From assembly GCF_963506605.1 (NCBI RefSeq), contig NC_083285.1, forward strand, positions 16,616,001 through 16,680,000: 64,000 nt of DNA, in the 5' to 3' direction. Of the stretch, positions 1-12,540 are shown in pieces. Both the position numbers and the translations under genes were made by a program. Every line of letters begins with the position of its first letter. Position 1 is the stretch's first letter. The notes beneath the pieces were generated by a model. The model was not told the DNA's origin. It ran no database searches and saw only the letters and a program-made list of their open reading frames with translations. This DNA is from Zootoca vivipara (taxonomy: Eukaryota).

Positions 1-350
1 CCCATTCAGGACCAGGGAGTCCCCCCCACATCAGCCCACCCCCTCTCCCCAAAAAACAGTACTTCTGTCTTGTCAGGATTCAGCCTCAATCCATTAGCCG
101 CCATCCATCTTCGTACCACCTCCATGCACTCACACAGGATCTTCACTGCCTTCACTAGTTCTGATTTAAAAGAGAGGTAGAGCTGGGTATCATCTGCATA
201 TTGATGGACACCCAGCCCAAACCACCTTATGATCTCTCCCAGTGGCTTCATGTAGATGTTTAAAAGCATGGGGAGAGGATGGAACCCTGAGGCACCCCAC
301 AAGTGAGGGCCCAGGGGTCTGAACACGCATCCCCCACTACCACTTTCTGG
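1..350 (-). mobile_element. L2-clade LINE reverse transcriptase fragment
   Basis: NIYMKPLG...HQYADDTQLYLSF...LRLNPDKTE. Confidence 0.85.
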
Positions 351-595
351 CCACAGCCCAGGAGGGACAACTCCCATCATCCCTTGAGTTGTAGTCCCAA
401 AACATCTGGAGGGCTGAGTTTGCCAATGCCTGCTTTGATAAATAATCCATCAATGCTCTCCATTCCTCCTTTATCATTATGTCCTCTTAGTTGGGCAGTT
501 AATTTCGCAATTTCAGCATAGTCCATCAGTTTCATAAGCTGTTTTACTCATAATGTTTTTAACCAATGAAACATTTCTGCCCTCAATGAAATACA

Positions 596-780
596 CCATA
601 TTTTTCTGTGTATTAGACGCCCCCATGTATATGGCGACCCCTATTTCTGGGGACTAAATTTAAAGAAAATGCCATGCCGCTATGGGACATGCTCCCTAGA
701 GCGCACGGCATGGGGGGGGGGGAGTTTTTTGACATGATTTTTGAGTCAGAAAACCTCGTCTAATGCATGGGAAAATATGG
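596..780. mobile_element. Tc1/mariner(pogo)-type MITE
   Basis: Imperfect 24-bp TIRs ccatatttttctgtgtattagacg / cgtctaatgcatgggaaaatatgg, followed by TA. Confidence 0.65.
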
Positions 781-987
781 TATGCTCTCTTCCTTCACAT
801 AAGTAATATACAATGCGGAATATGACTTTCCTTAAATGTGGATTTTTTTCGAAGCAGTGTGTACACAACCATTGCTTTGTGAAAATGCACGCTTGTGTGT
901 TTCATCGTATTTTGTGTCCATGTGATGGAAATTTGATTTATTCTCCTACTCCCTTTTAATTAAAATTGTGTCTCAATTGTGATGCAG

Positions 988-1144
988 GCATTTGCTTGGT
1001 GGCCAGATTTGCTGGCTGAACATGGGGAGAAATTCTGGTCTCTTTTTACGGTTGACATGGATTCTGCGCTGGATGCACAGCCGCAAGACTCCTGGGATAC
1101 TTTCCCTCTTTTCCAGTTGCTTAACAACTTCCTACGAAATGACC
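988..1144 (+). CDS. CADPS2: CADPS2 coding exon ([25 protein letters not shown]...LLNNFLRND)
   Basis: tgcag|GCA acceptor and GACC|gtaag donor; 157 nt, phase 0 to 1. The peptide matches CAPS2 ([12 protein letters not shown]) rather than CAPS1 (WWSDLMVEH). Confidence 0.95.
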
Positions 1145-1637
1145 GTAAGCTTTTTAAAAAAACTGTTTAGTTCTATAATAACATCAATTGCAGTTATGAA
1201 TTATTTTGCCTTTCGAGTGTTCAGAGGAGGCCTAGATCATGTAAATCTACGTAAACGTATTCATTTCATTTAACCCTAGCCTTTTCACATTTGTGAAAGT
1301 TGTGACCCTGTGTGCTGGTACATGGGAGTAAGCCCTGGTGTACTCAATGGACTTCCTTCAGAGTTAACATGCATAGGTGTGGGCTGCAAGACAGCTCTCA
1401 GCCAATTATGTGTATACTAAAATAGAAATCAGGCCATTATATTAAATTAGCAAAGGTAATAAGATATCTGTGCAGAGTGCTTCTAACAGTTTTCTTGCCG
1501 AACGGAGTATCATTATTCCTGGGACATCCCCTTTTAGAGAATCATGCTCTGGTTCTGCGATGTGCTGCAGAACAGATGCATGTGAGCTGCAGAAAGGCTA
1601 AAAATCTCTCCTTGCCCTAGAAATTCAGAATTGAATA

Positions 1638-1879
1638 GAGTGGCACCTCTGTTTTCGAATGTCTCTGTTGACTAACATTTCGGAACTCAAACGCCATAAA
1701 CCTGGAAGTAAATTCTTCGTTTTTCCAACACTTTTCGGAAGTCAGAACATGTGGTGTGGCTTCCGTTTTGAGTTTCCCTATTGTATGGAGTTTTCCATGT
1801 TGAGTTTTCAGGTTTCGGACGTTTCGGAACGCGAACGGTCTTCCAGAACGGATTACGTTCGAAAACTGAGGTACCACTG
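1638..1879. mobile_element. Tigger/pogo-like MITE
   Basis: TIRs of the CAGTGGTACCTC type with TA at both ends. Confidence 0.75.
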
Positions 1880-4751
1880 TATTCCACGGGAGAAATTTTA
1901 GCAGGCAGATCTCCTTGGCATAAAAATGAAGCCTATGTCTCTCTCATGCATATTTCCAAGTTGCACTTCACAACGATTCATTTCAAAATCTATACTTATA
2001 CAGGCTTATACCCCTTACCCAGCGGGGTGTGCATAAGTGAAATCACATGAAGTGGGGAGCGCCCTCTAAACACCCTTTAAATGCTCTCTAATCCAGACCA
2101 AAAGTACTGCACTCAAAAATATCCACAGCTAGAATTGAAGATCTGGGGCTGGCAGATTATTTTTCCTTCATCAAATTACAGTATCCTATAATGGTGTTGT
2201 TTTATTTGCTGGTTGTCTGAAGGATATAGTGATAAAGACTGATTTTCGCAGCTGACTTAGAATTTGCTTCCTGCAGCCAACATCTGTGTTGCAAGAAAAT
2301 GGGAAAGGGTTCGTTTTATTTTGGAATGGTGTCTAAAAACAGGGTACGCCGAGATAATGTATTTTATGGAGAATCAAGGGGAGATAAACGTTGGTTTCTT
2401 TGAAACAAAATGTAGATTTGTGGGGTGTTTTTTACATTTCAGAACATGGTTCAAGATGGAAGGCAACCGTTTAGGGTTCCTCTCCTTTATTGTGAATGGT
2501 TGTATTTAATAAGTGATAAAATAATTCCGCATGATTTTTCATGGACCACTGACCAACCAATACTGATCATTTCACAGACTCTCCAAAAAGGATAACTGGA
2601 AGACTTGAATTTACATTCTTCCCCCCCCCCCATCAGTCAATTAAATATGTAATTACTTCAAATAATTATTGGGGGGGAGCTTTCAAGGGAGGAAGACAAT
2701 TCATTTAAATGACAGAAAATGCGTTTTCATTATGAAGTAATTATGAACAACGTTATGAAGCGCTACTGAGAGAACTCAAGGCACTGGCATTTTAAAAGAC
2801 CTAATAGCCCTGATATGTTGGGGAGGGGTGAGTTAACAAGAAAAAACAGATCTGGGAAGCGGTTGTTAACAGTTGTGTGTCATTTTCCACCCTTGTTCTA
2901 ACTTGAGAGATAGATAACATGATCCTTTCTGGCAAGGAGAACCATTTGGGAATCCCATTTATGTCACCTGAAAGCTTTCGTGAGTTGTAAATAAGATACG
3001 TAAGGGGGAGATTATAGAAAATAATTCATTTTTTTCCATCAGCAAACACTCTAGTTCCTAGTAACCCTTCTGTCTCTAGAAATGCATGCAGACTTTTCAC
3101 AGAGTTAGCCTAGTAAAACCATCGGACAGAAAACTCTATGGTTGTGGGACTGGTGTCACAATGAGTCTTCATGTAATGACTAATAAATATTTGTGGCTGA
3201 ACTGCTAGGTATAAATCTGTTGCTGAAGACATCCAACTCTTTTTTAAAAAGCCCCGCATAAATCTTTAAAAATGACACACACACACACACACCCCAAAAA
3301 AACCTCGAGTGTGTTCTTGTGAGGATAAAAAGGCTAGTGTTAGTAATTAACAAGGAGAGTGAAGTGGAGTCAAATTAGCCATAATAGAGCCCGTAGTGAC
3401 TGTTAAAGTTACCTCTCATTATCAAAAAGCTCATTAGGAAATGAAGAGGTGGAAATCCCACTGGGTTATTCTCTCGGTGAGGCCAGGATCAGAGATGATT
3501 TTTCGGGTTTCTTTTGAAATGCAGAACTGTTAGGTCCCCGTATTGTAGATAAAGTTAATCTTCAGCCTTTGAAACGTGAAGGGTTGACACCTGCATGTTC
3601 TACTATCTCAAGAGCTTTCCGTCAACTCAAAATCTGTGAAACTGCAGATGGTTTCCAGATACACCCGATATGAGTACCCTGCCATCATTTTAAGTATCAT
3701 TTTAACCTTTAGATTATTTAATGAGACAGGTGCAGTGTTGTTATCACATGTATATAACCACAGTGCCATATTAGAAATTCCTCGGGTGAGAAGCTAATTC
3801 ATTTCCCGTGGAATTGCAACCATTTGATAGGTGGCCCTCTCTTTCAAATAATGCAGAAAGAAAACGTTGAATTGCTTCCATCTTCTATACCACGTGATTC
3901 TTCTCTATATACTGACTTTGTCCCTAGTACCTAAAATGCCATCGTTTCTAAGATAGCTTCAGAAGACTGTGTGTACATTTACCTAACGGGTTGTTGTTGT
4001 TGTTTAGTCGTGTCCGACTCCTCGAGGCCAATATATCGATGAAAGTTTGTCGGGCTGTAATTTTCTTTTGCTCAACTTGAAGGATTGAGATGGTTTTATA
4101 AGATACACACTGAAATTAGATGAAATAATTTGGAAGGTATGCCTTTGATGTCAGTAAAAAGCCATATTGGACTAAAGGTCAAGTACTTAAGGTCTACCAC
4201 TAAGTAGAAACTCAAGTTTGAATGACGGTCAAGCATTAAAATGCTTATCTTCAATGTTACCATGTTTAATGAGTGGAGGTGGAATTTGCATAATATGTTG
4301 CCATATATTCATCCTTCCCACTGGACCATATGGAGTGATGCTAAACCTCACACTCAGATGCACATCTGTCTACTTAGTGTTAAATCCACGTCGGCATATC
4401 ATCATCTGTAAGAAATCTGCATACATTTAGATGGAAATCCTGGTGAGTGTTAATGTTGCTATTCCTATGCAAATCTATATAAATAGGCCCATAAATCCAT
4501 TTGATAATTCATTCCACTTCTGTTTGATAAGCTTATGGTGGGCAGCTTCTTCATACCATACCAAAAAAATGGTAGCATCTTGCTATTTGTGACACTGGCT
4601 GGTGATTTAATCTTTAGGGACCACTTTAGTAGCTGCTGTGATGGAATGAGGCAGGAAATATTTGGTTCAAATCTCTGGTGAGCCATGAACAGAGGGGGCA
4701 ACCTCTCTTTACTAACTTCTGGGTGGTTATAAGGATTGCTGAGTAATGAAG

Positions 4752-5335
4752 TACAGTCGTACCTTGGTTGTCAAACGGCTTGGCTCCTGAACAAATTGGC
4801 TCTCAAACGTAGCAAACCTGGAAGTGAGTGTTCCGGTTTGCGAGTGTTTTTTGGAAGCCAAACGTCCGACGTGGCTTCTGCAGCTTCCATGGCTTCCGGT
4901 TGAGTGCAGGAAGCTCCTGCACCCAATTGAAAGCCACGCCTTGGTATTCAAACGGTTCCGAGAGTCAAGAAGTGAGGCTACAGGGAACCAGGCAGAAGGC
5001 CTTCTTGGTAGTGGCGCCCGCCCTGTGAAACGCCCTCCCATCAGATGTCAAAGAGATAAACAACCATCTGACTTTTAGAAGACATCTGAAAGCAGCCCTG
5101 TTTAGGGAAGTTTTTAATGTTAGAAGTTTTATCGTGTTTTAACATGACCTGGAAGCTATACGCCGGCTCCCTCGGCCAATAAGGCGAGATGAGCGCACAA
5201 CCCCAGAGTCGGTCATGACTGGACCTAATGGTCAGGGGTCCCTTTACCTTTACCTTTAATATTCTGTTGGGAGCTGCCCAGAGATGCTGGGGAAACCCAG
5301 CCTGATGGGCGGGGTACAAATAATAATAATAATTT
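4752..5335 (+). mobile_element. Composite: partial Tigger-like MITE + L2 3' end with an inserted Sauria SINE 3' fragment (5143-5256)
   Basis: tacagtcgtacctt TIR; L2 3' sequence matching 37540-37720; SINE tail ACCTTTACCTTT. Confidence 0.7.
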
Positions 5336-6523
5336 ATTTATTTTTTAAAAAAACAGCACACAGTGCTGAAGCTTCCTTTTCAAAACATAAAACTGTGAGA
5401 TGAAAGTGTGGGTTGTTGTTTTCTAACATGCTACAGGGAAAAATGTGTATTGGCAGGTCTTTCTTCCGAGTGGCCGTACAGACAGGCTGCCTTCTCAGCT
5501 TGACCTTTTTGCGGGGCTTTAGGGTTCCCCAAAATTAGAACATAAATAAGCCCACAGAAATGCATCCTCATGCTGATGCAGATTCGTACCAATATGTTCA
5601 TAAAGAGCCATAGCATAGCGCAACGAGCTACAAAAAAAACCCCACAAGAGCTAATGGAGGGGGAGCAAGGGTGCATGTACATTATGCAGCCTGAGCTATG
5701 TTCCCTTCAGGTCTCGGATCAAGGTCCATAGAAGCTGCGGAGCTGAGAATAGTGGGGAGAGATCAAGGTGAGGTTGGGAATGAGAGGGTGCAGAGGGAAA
5801 GGTGTAGAGCACAGCAGAGTAGTGGGGAAGAAACCGTGGATAGTTGCTGGCATTTAAAAGACATGTTATAAGAACAACAGCCCGTGGTGTCTAGAGAGCA
5901 GGTGTACTGGGTCTAATGCGGGTGCTTTGGGAGATTGTTTTTTTTTCCTGATGGCTTTAATGAACCTAAGTGCAAAAATATGTTTATGGTGGCTGAAGCT
6001 TGGCTTTGCTTTTTTTTAACCGTGTTTCTTTCCGAGATGTTATTCAATAACAAACGCTGTTAATACAAAGGAAACACAGGAGGATATAAGTCCCTACCAG
6101 GAATGAGTCACTCAGGGTTCGCCTGCAGCCCAATATACAAATGATGCATGCTTTGTCCTAGTCAAGTTGGCGGGTGAGAGCAACCTACCCAGACTCTGAG
6201 ATTATCTTCTGAGGCCTTTCCTTCGAGAGGTCCGGAGGGTGACAACATGAGAACGGGCCTTCTCTGCAGTGGCTCCCCATCTGTGGAATACTGTCCCCAG
6301 GGAAGCTTGCCTGGCATCTTCATTATACACTTTTAGGTGCCAGGCAAAAACATTCCTTTTTAACCAGATCATCATCCCATACCCTTTTAAAATGTGGCTC
6401 TTGGAAGGGATATTATTGGGTTATTGCTTTTATTTTTGTTTTATATACTGTGATCATTTTTTTGTGAACCGCCATGAGACTTCTGGGTATAGGGTGGTAT
6501 ATTAATTCAACAACAACAACAAC

Positions 6524-6951
6524 CAGGGGCGGCCCTAAGGCAAGGTTGGGTGGTGCAATACGCCAGGGTGCTGGGCCGCTAGGGGGCACCGCACTGCGCC
6601 CGCCAGACAGCCCGGCCGCCCTCCCACTCGCCCTGCTCCTTGCCTCCCACCCGCCGCGGATTCGAGTCCTGGCCTCAGCCTGGCGGGTCGGGTCGGGGGC
6701 ATGAGGAGGACAAGAGGCCAGGCGCTGCATGGCACCGCCCGCCCCCCCAGCAGAGGCCTCCGCGCAGGAGGAGCCGGCGCTGGCGCCCCGGAGGACAACC
6801 AGGCAGCCCGGCCCACCCACTGTGGTGCCCGTAGCCCACCCTCAGCACCCGCCCCCCCATGCCATGTCCCTCCTCTGCGTCCGCAGTGAGTTGGGGTGGG
6901 CGGTGGAGGGACCTTTGCGCCACGGCGCTCAATGTGGTTAAGACAGGCCTG
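6524..6951. mobile_element. GC-rich non-autonomous hAT-like element
   Basis: CAGGGGCGGCCCTAA...TTAAGACAGGCCTG termini, flanked by ACAACAAC (8 bp) in the tail of an L2 fragment. Confidence 0.65.
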
Positions 6952-7496
6952 ACAACAACAACTTGCAACTCCACATCGGAAAATGCACTTGCGGCGCAAT
7001 CCTATGCACACTCACTAGAGGTTCCATTGAGTTCAGTGGGGCGTGCATTCAAATAAGACTGCACAGGATCATGGCCTCAACAAGTCAGTTGGCACATTAG
7101 GAAGTGCTTAAGTTCATTTTTTTAAACATATGAATTGTAAATGGTGTTAGCTTGTGCCAGACCTCCTGCCTCCAGGCAGGTGGATCAGAAGCATGCGCAA
7201 ACAGGGTCTTTCTGGATCGAATCCTGTGTAAATAGGGTTATATCCCTAAGTCACCCAGTTTGCTTAAGGACTTCCGCTTGTGCAACAGAACTTCCCTTCC
7301 CTTTCCTCGCCCTGAATACCTCCCAAATTTGTTCAGGTGGGGGTGTCGCTCAACTCTTCGGAGCAGATCGGGGAAAGGAGAAGGGAGGGAAGCTCACTGC
7401 ATAAGTGGAAATACTTGTGTGGGTGGGACAAACCTTTTTCTCCACTGCTAGGCCCCCGGGGATACCCTAAATACTGTTATTTAGGCTCTGGTAACC

Positions 7497-7841
7497 TTGA
7501 GGTTAGATTACTGCAACACGTTATACGTAGGACTGCCTCTGAAGACTGTTCGGAAACCTCAGCTAGTGCAGAATTCAGCAGTCGGGTTGCTCACCCAGGC
7601 AAGACCGTTCAAGCATATTATGCTGATGGTTCGACTGCACTGGCTACCAGTTAGTTTATGGGCTCAATTCAAAGTGCTGGTTTTGTCGTACAATGCTTTA
7701 AATGACTCGGGGCCGCTATACCCTAAGGACCTCCTCTCTCCATATGAACCTACCTGGAGCCTGAGATCATCTTCCGGGGTGCTCCTTCATGTGCCTCCTC
7801 CACAAGAGGTCCAGAGGGTGGCATCACGAGAATGGGCCTTT
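7497..7841 (+). mobile_element. L2 LINE 3' fragment (resumes at 8797-9060 after an LTR insertion)
   Basis: [13 protein letters not shown]...LQLVQN-like...LHWLPV motif typical of the L2 ORF2 C-terminus. Confidence 0.8.
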
Positions 7842-8796
7842 TGTGTGTCGAGGCTTCCCATAAATTACCTTAAATAATTCACAACTGACAACAGAATTTT
7901 GGTTTGGTTTTTGGCAAATAATTTAGGGCCACAACTTTATTAAATACACAATTTTAATCCGAGTGTTGGCTTAGGCTTTTGGTTATTCACTCATCCTTCC
8001 TAAAGAAGGACTATCCCCATCTGTCCATCTAGGACAGGACTCAATCAGCTGTCCCCTTAGGACAGGACTCACCTCATCTGCCCCTCGTGGCAGGACTCAC
8101 ATCAGCTGTCACCATAGGACAGGACTCACCACTGTCCGCTTGGACAGTTCCTGCTCCAACTTCCGAATGGAAGTCAAGTAAACATACCTGGGAGTGAGGA
8201 GGTGGCTGCGCCCAGTCATTCCCTCCTCACCTTCACCAAGAATGTTCCTCTAGGCTCTTGCTCTTAAAATTGGGCCCACCATTCCCGCCAATGGCGGGAT
8301 GGTAAGGACAAGAGTGTAAGCCCCGAGATTCCTTTAACGGAATACTTCTATATGGAGCAAACGGAGGTGAGGGTAGGCATCTGTGTGCCACCCCCTCTAC
8401 CAACCGATTAACCAACCAAAAGCCTAACCGCCAACCTAACAAGTTGTGACAATTTGCTAGCGCAGTAGGCGAAAACCAAGAGGCAAAGCCAATCAGCCAA
8501 TTGGAAAAATTCCTACTGACCCCTGAATACAGGCGGCCCCGAAGGCAATAGCAATGTCGTGCTAACCTGCAAGAAAGAAAGGGCGGGTGGGAGGGGTTCA
8601 AACGCCAGGCAAAAATGTGACTAGAAAATGGTGGACGGAGCTCTAAGAGGGGCCCCAACAACCAATCAGTTCCAAGGAATTTGCATACCACACCCCCATT
8701 ACTCAGCATAAGCTGTGGCCTTACACAAACCAAACCCTAAGCTTAATTTCCTAACAGCCCTACCACAATCCACTTTATATTATATGATATAAAGCG
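7842..8796 (-). mobile_element. Probable solo LTR (about 955 bp, ERV/Gypsy type) interrupting an L2
   Basis: 4-bp TSD CTTT; - strand ends CG(TG-derived)...CA; AATAAA at 7936-7941 on the - strand; L2 sequence is contiguous across the insertion. Confidence 0.6.
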
Positions 8797-9220
8797 CTTT
8801 CTGCAATGGCTCCCTGTTTGTGGAATGCTCTCCCCGGGGAAGTTCGCCTGGCGCCTTCATTATACACCTTTAGGTGCCAGGCGAAGATATTCCTCTTTAA
8901 CCAGGCCTTTGGCTGATTGACATTCAATGCCCTTTTAAAATGTGTTGGGGACATGAAGATTCCTAGGTTGTTTTTGTTTTGTATCTTTGTATTGTGTTTT
9001 TATGTTGTCAACTTCCCTGAGACCTGCAGTATACTAATAATTGTAGATGATGATAACAACAACATCTAGTTAATTTTAAAAGCACTAATAAATCAGTATT
9101 TATGACTTGCTGCGCACATTTTTATTGAAGAATATCAATAACTATGGCAGTAAACACCATAAAACGTGACATTAGGTTGCTGTTAGGGTACCCTCACAAC
9201 ACAAATATTTATAATTAAGA

Positions 9221-9827
9221 CTAGCTGGCCCTGCCACGTGTTGCTGTGGCTAATCCCTGTGACTGCCCCCACCCTGTGCTAATCCATTACGTATCCCGCC
9301 CCCTCTTCCCCCCCACCCGCCTTATCCCTGTGATTCCCCCCACCCTGTCCTGACCCATGATGTATCACGCCCCCTCTTCCCCCCACCCCCCAGCTCATCC
9401 CTGTGACTGGTCCCACCGTGTCCTGACCTATCCCGTCCCCTCCTCCCCCAACCCCCACCCAGGCAAGTCAGTACCTCCATTCGGCGTAGTCTGTAAAGGC
9501 TTCGGCCTAGTATGTAAACGGGAGCTGAGGTGCTGTTGAGAGGGAAGGTTCTATAGGTGTAGTACCAGTGTAGCCACTGCTAGAGGGCGCTGGTTTGCAA
9601 CCTGGTTCTTTTCCCAGAATGCATTTTTGTCTGAGTGGTGTGTTTTGAAACATGGGGTTTGGGGGCTTTTACCAGGCACAGGTGGGACATCTGTCTTTGA
9701 AAACAGTATGGGCTTGCTCTCATATCCGCATGTGGCATTGTGTCAAAATTTGAACGCAATCGGTCAAACGGATTTGGTGAAATATGGATACTAACGGGCA
9801 TGGCCAGTTTACATTCATATATATAGA
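9221..9827 (-). mobile_element. Non-autonomous Helitron with an internal C-rich minisatellite
   Basis: - strand 5' A|TCTATATATA, subterminal hairpin CCAC..GTGG, 3' CTAG|T, no TSD. Confidence 0.8.
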
Positions 9828-9945
9828 TGTTTAAGTAACCTCTAGCGGAATGCCAGCATTTAAAGTGTCATTTTTAAATCCTGTCGTAACCAAAGCTAGG
9901 GAAATAATTGCAACCTTTTTTTTTTTTGTCTGTTTGTTTTTCAAG

Positions 9946-10087
9946 CACTTTTGTGCAATGGAAAGTTTCACAAGCACTTGCAGGAGATTTTTGTTCCCTT
10001 GGTCATCCGCTACATTGATCTCATGGAGTCCTCAATTGCCCAGTCCCTTCACAGAGGTCTTGAACAAGAAACATGGCAGCCTGTCAA
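9946..10087 (+). CDS. CADPS2: CADPS2 coding exon ([47 protein letters not shown])
   Basis: T-tract+caag acceptor and AA|gtaagt donor; 142 nt, phase 1 to 2; continues the frame of the previous exon; MHD1 peptide. Confidence 0.95.
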
Positions 10088-10209
10088 GTAAGTGTTTCCA
10101 GAAGGCCCTAGGCCAAATTTGGTCCCCATTTGGTTTGCACCTACTCCTCGAGCTTTCCTTTTTACAATCTATTTTTTATTGTGCTCCTACATTGTCTATT
10201 CCTCTGCAG

Positions 10210-10329
10210 GACCATCACCAACAGTCTTCCCAATGTAGCTCTTCCAAAAGTTCCAAGTTTGCCTCTTAATCTTCCACAGATACCTAGTTTTTCAACACCA
10301 ACCTGGATGGCTTCTTTATATGATTCCAC
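10210..10329 (+). CDS. CADPS2: CADPS2 120-nt cassette exon ([41 protein letters not shown])
   Basis: ctgcag acceptor and weak AC|gtgtgt donor; frame-preserving (phase 2-2); resembles the 40-aa alternatively spliced MHD1 insert of mammalian CAPS2. Confidence 0.88.
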
Positions 10330-10363
10330 GTGTGTATTCTCGACCGATCTTTAAACGTTGAGT

Positions 10364-10397
<34 letters not shown>

Positions 10398-12327
10398 CAG
10401 CTCTGCACGGCCTTACCGATGTCATGTACAGCTGTATTTGGACTGCATGGTGTTTTGTGATCATTTGGTTGGAAATTGCAGCTTTTTGGTTGAAAGCCAA
10501 GCATGGAATGTCATTGGGTTGTGCTTTTTGGTGTGTAAAATCTCAGTAGGAAGTAGCTTAAAATTAACTAGGCAAAGGTTTGTTGTGGTACATTTAGCAG
10601 TCATCACCCTTAATTACATAATTGCTGCTATTTAGTTAATAAGCAGTGTGGAAACACTTTAAATTATTGTACTTCAGTATGGTGGGGTTGTTGCTTTTTT
10701 TTTTTTAACGTCAATAGCTCTTCGTGTTTTGGCATGTTATTACTAATCCACTGCATGTGCTAAAAGATTTTTGAAAATAGCAGCAAAAGCGATTGGTTTG
10801 CGTTCTTTTTCCTCTGGCTTTTCTGGATTCCCTCATAATAGGACACTGCCAAAATTAATAGAGTTCAAATCTCACTTAATTAGCTAGTGGCTGTCTGAGA
10901 TTACGTCCCTGTGTTTTTTTTCCTCAAAACAGATTCAGAGGAGCTTTTGTGGTTTAAATGAAGAACTTCTCAATTAAGCATTGCTGTATAGCAGAGAGGA
11001 TTTGGGGGAGGATTTGGGTGGAAGGCTCTCCATGACATGCATTCAGCAAACAAATGGTTATTTTTAAGAATGCTTGGATGAAAAGGTTTTTACATCAGTA
11101 TGATCCATCTTTCAGACCTAGTACTAAAAAAAAAAGTTGATAGCATATTTACAAGCAATGGCCCATTTCTGGTTCCATTGCTCTTTGCTGCCTTGCCTCT
11201 ATTATTATCTCTATTTCGATGTCCAGAGGTGATTATTAGTCTGTTTAGGGAAGTTTTTAATGTTTAATGCTGTATTGTGCTTTTAATATTTGATTGGGAG
11301 CCGCCCAGAGTGGCTGGGGAAACTCAGCCAGATGGGCAGGGTATAAATAATAAATGCGTAACCAAAATAGCACTAAACAGGAGTGCTCCACACCGAAGCT
11401 GTCCAGATGGGTTCTAGAATGCAAGTGGTGTGAAACTTTTCTTGAGGATGACCGGGCGCGCAGTAGAGTGCATGTTCAGAGAGCTCAGGTGAATTGTCAG
11501 CAACAGCAAAGAGAAGGAGCAGCAGAGCCAAGTGGCCCCGGGGATTAGCAACAGGCCTCTACTGGGACGTGGGCTGCAGCAAAGTGCTTGACAATGCCAG
11601 CGCTTGACACTGGCGCTGGGATTACGCAGAGAGTGTTGTTCCTCATTGACAGGGAGCTAAATCAAAGAATGGGCAACTGTGGCTTATTGAGACGAAGACA
11701 AACTGTGGCTTGTCTGTGAAGCTCAAAAATATGAACAACAGAAATTGGCTCATATGGAGGAGTCAGAACATTGGCCTGTCTAGCCCAGAACTGTCATCTC
11801 TGGCCAGTAAAAGGTTTTTCTTACACTTGTTCCCACTCATCCCTGATCCAGAGTTGCACGGGATCTTTGGCATGCAGCAAGGGTGTTTTACCACTTGGCT
11901 CTAATAATAAAATGGATTCTTTAAAAAAAATCTTGGAGAATTGAAAAGTTACTGCTTGCTCAGAGCATCGGTTGATCTCTATTGGTCTTCAGGTTTACTG
12001 CTTATATGTTTTAACCCTTGCAGGGTCTTCCTATTCTAAACATTAAATTGTGAACCTTTTATAGAGGTATAGTCAGCACAATTAACTGTACATTTTAGGT
12101 TACAGTCATTCGTACACATGCACACACATAGGGGTGCCAACTTGAATAAAATATTGGGCGGCAGGTAAGCCCCAACCCACATAATTGATCACATGACATG
12201 GTGCACACACACCATATGAATGGTAATGTCTACCAAACTTGGGGGGGGGCTCAGATATTTAATTGGCGGGGGCAAAGAGACCTCAGCCCCTAGGAGTTGG
12301 CTCCTATTGTATACACACACATATATA

Positions 12328-12540
12328 AATTAAAAAATTAAAGAATTGTCCAGTAGCACCTTAGAGACCAACTAAGTTTGTTCTGGGTATAAGCTTTTGT
12401 GTGCATGCACGCTTCTTCAGATACCACACGAAAGCTTATACCCAAAACAAACTTAGTTGGCCTCTAATGTGCTACTGGATGATTTTTTGATTTATTTTGA
12501 CTGTGTCAGACCAACATGGCTACCTACCTGAATCTAGAAC
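12328..12540. mobile_element. Penelope-like element terminal fragment in inverted (tail-to-tail) arrangement
   Basis: Inverted arms at about 12349-12403 and 12425-12479; hammerhead-like core; flanking duplication CACACATATATA. Confidence 0.65.

Noticed and set aside
6413-7056. Cluster of overlapping ORFs or a CpG-island promoter
   Set aside because: Explained by a GC-rich hAT-like insertion with TIRs and TSD; stop-poor composition.
8035-8110. Hammerhead-like CUGAU(G)UGAGUCC on the - strand
   Set aside because: No downstream GAAA/UH core, and there are insertions within the CUGANGA box.
7994-8147. CRISPR-like repeat/spacer array
   Set aside because: Eukaryotic intron, variable parts only 4-7 nt, no cas genes; kept as an LTR hairpin array instead.
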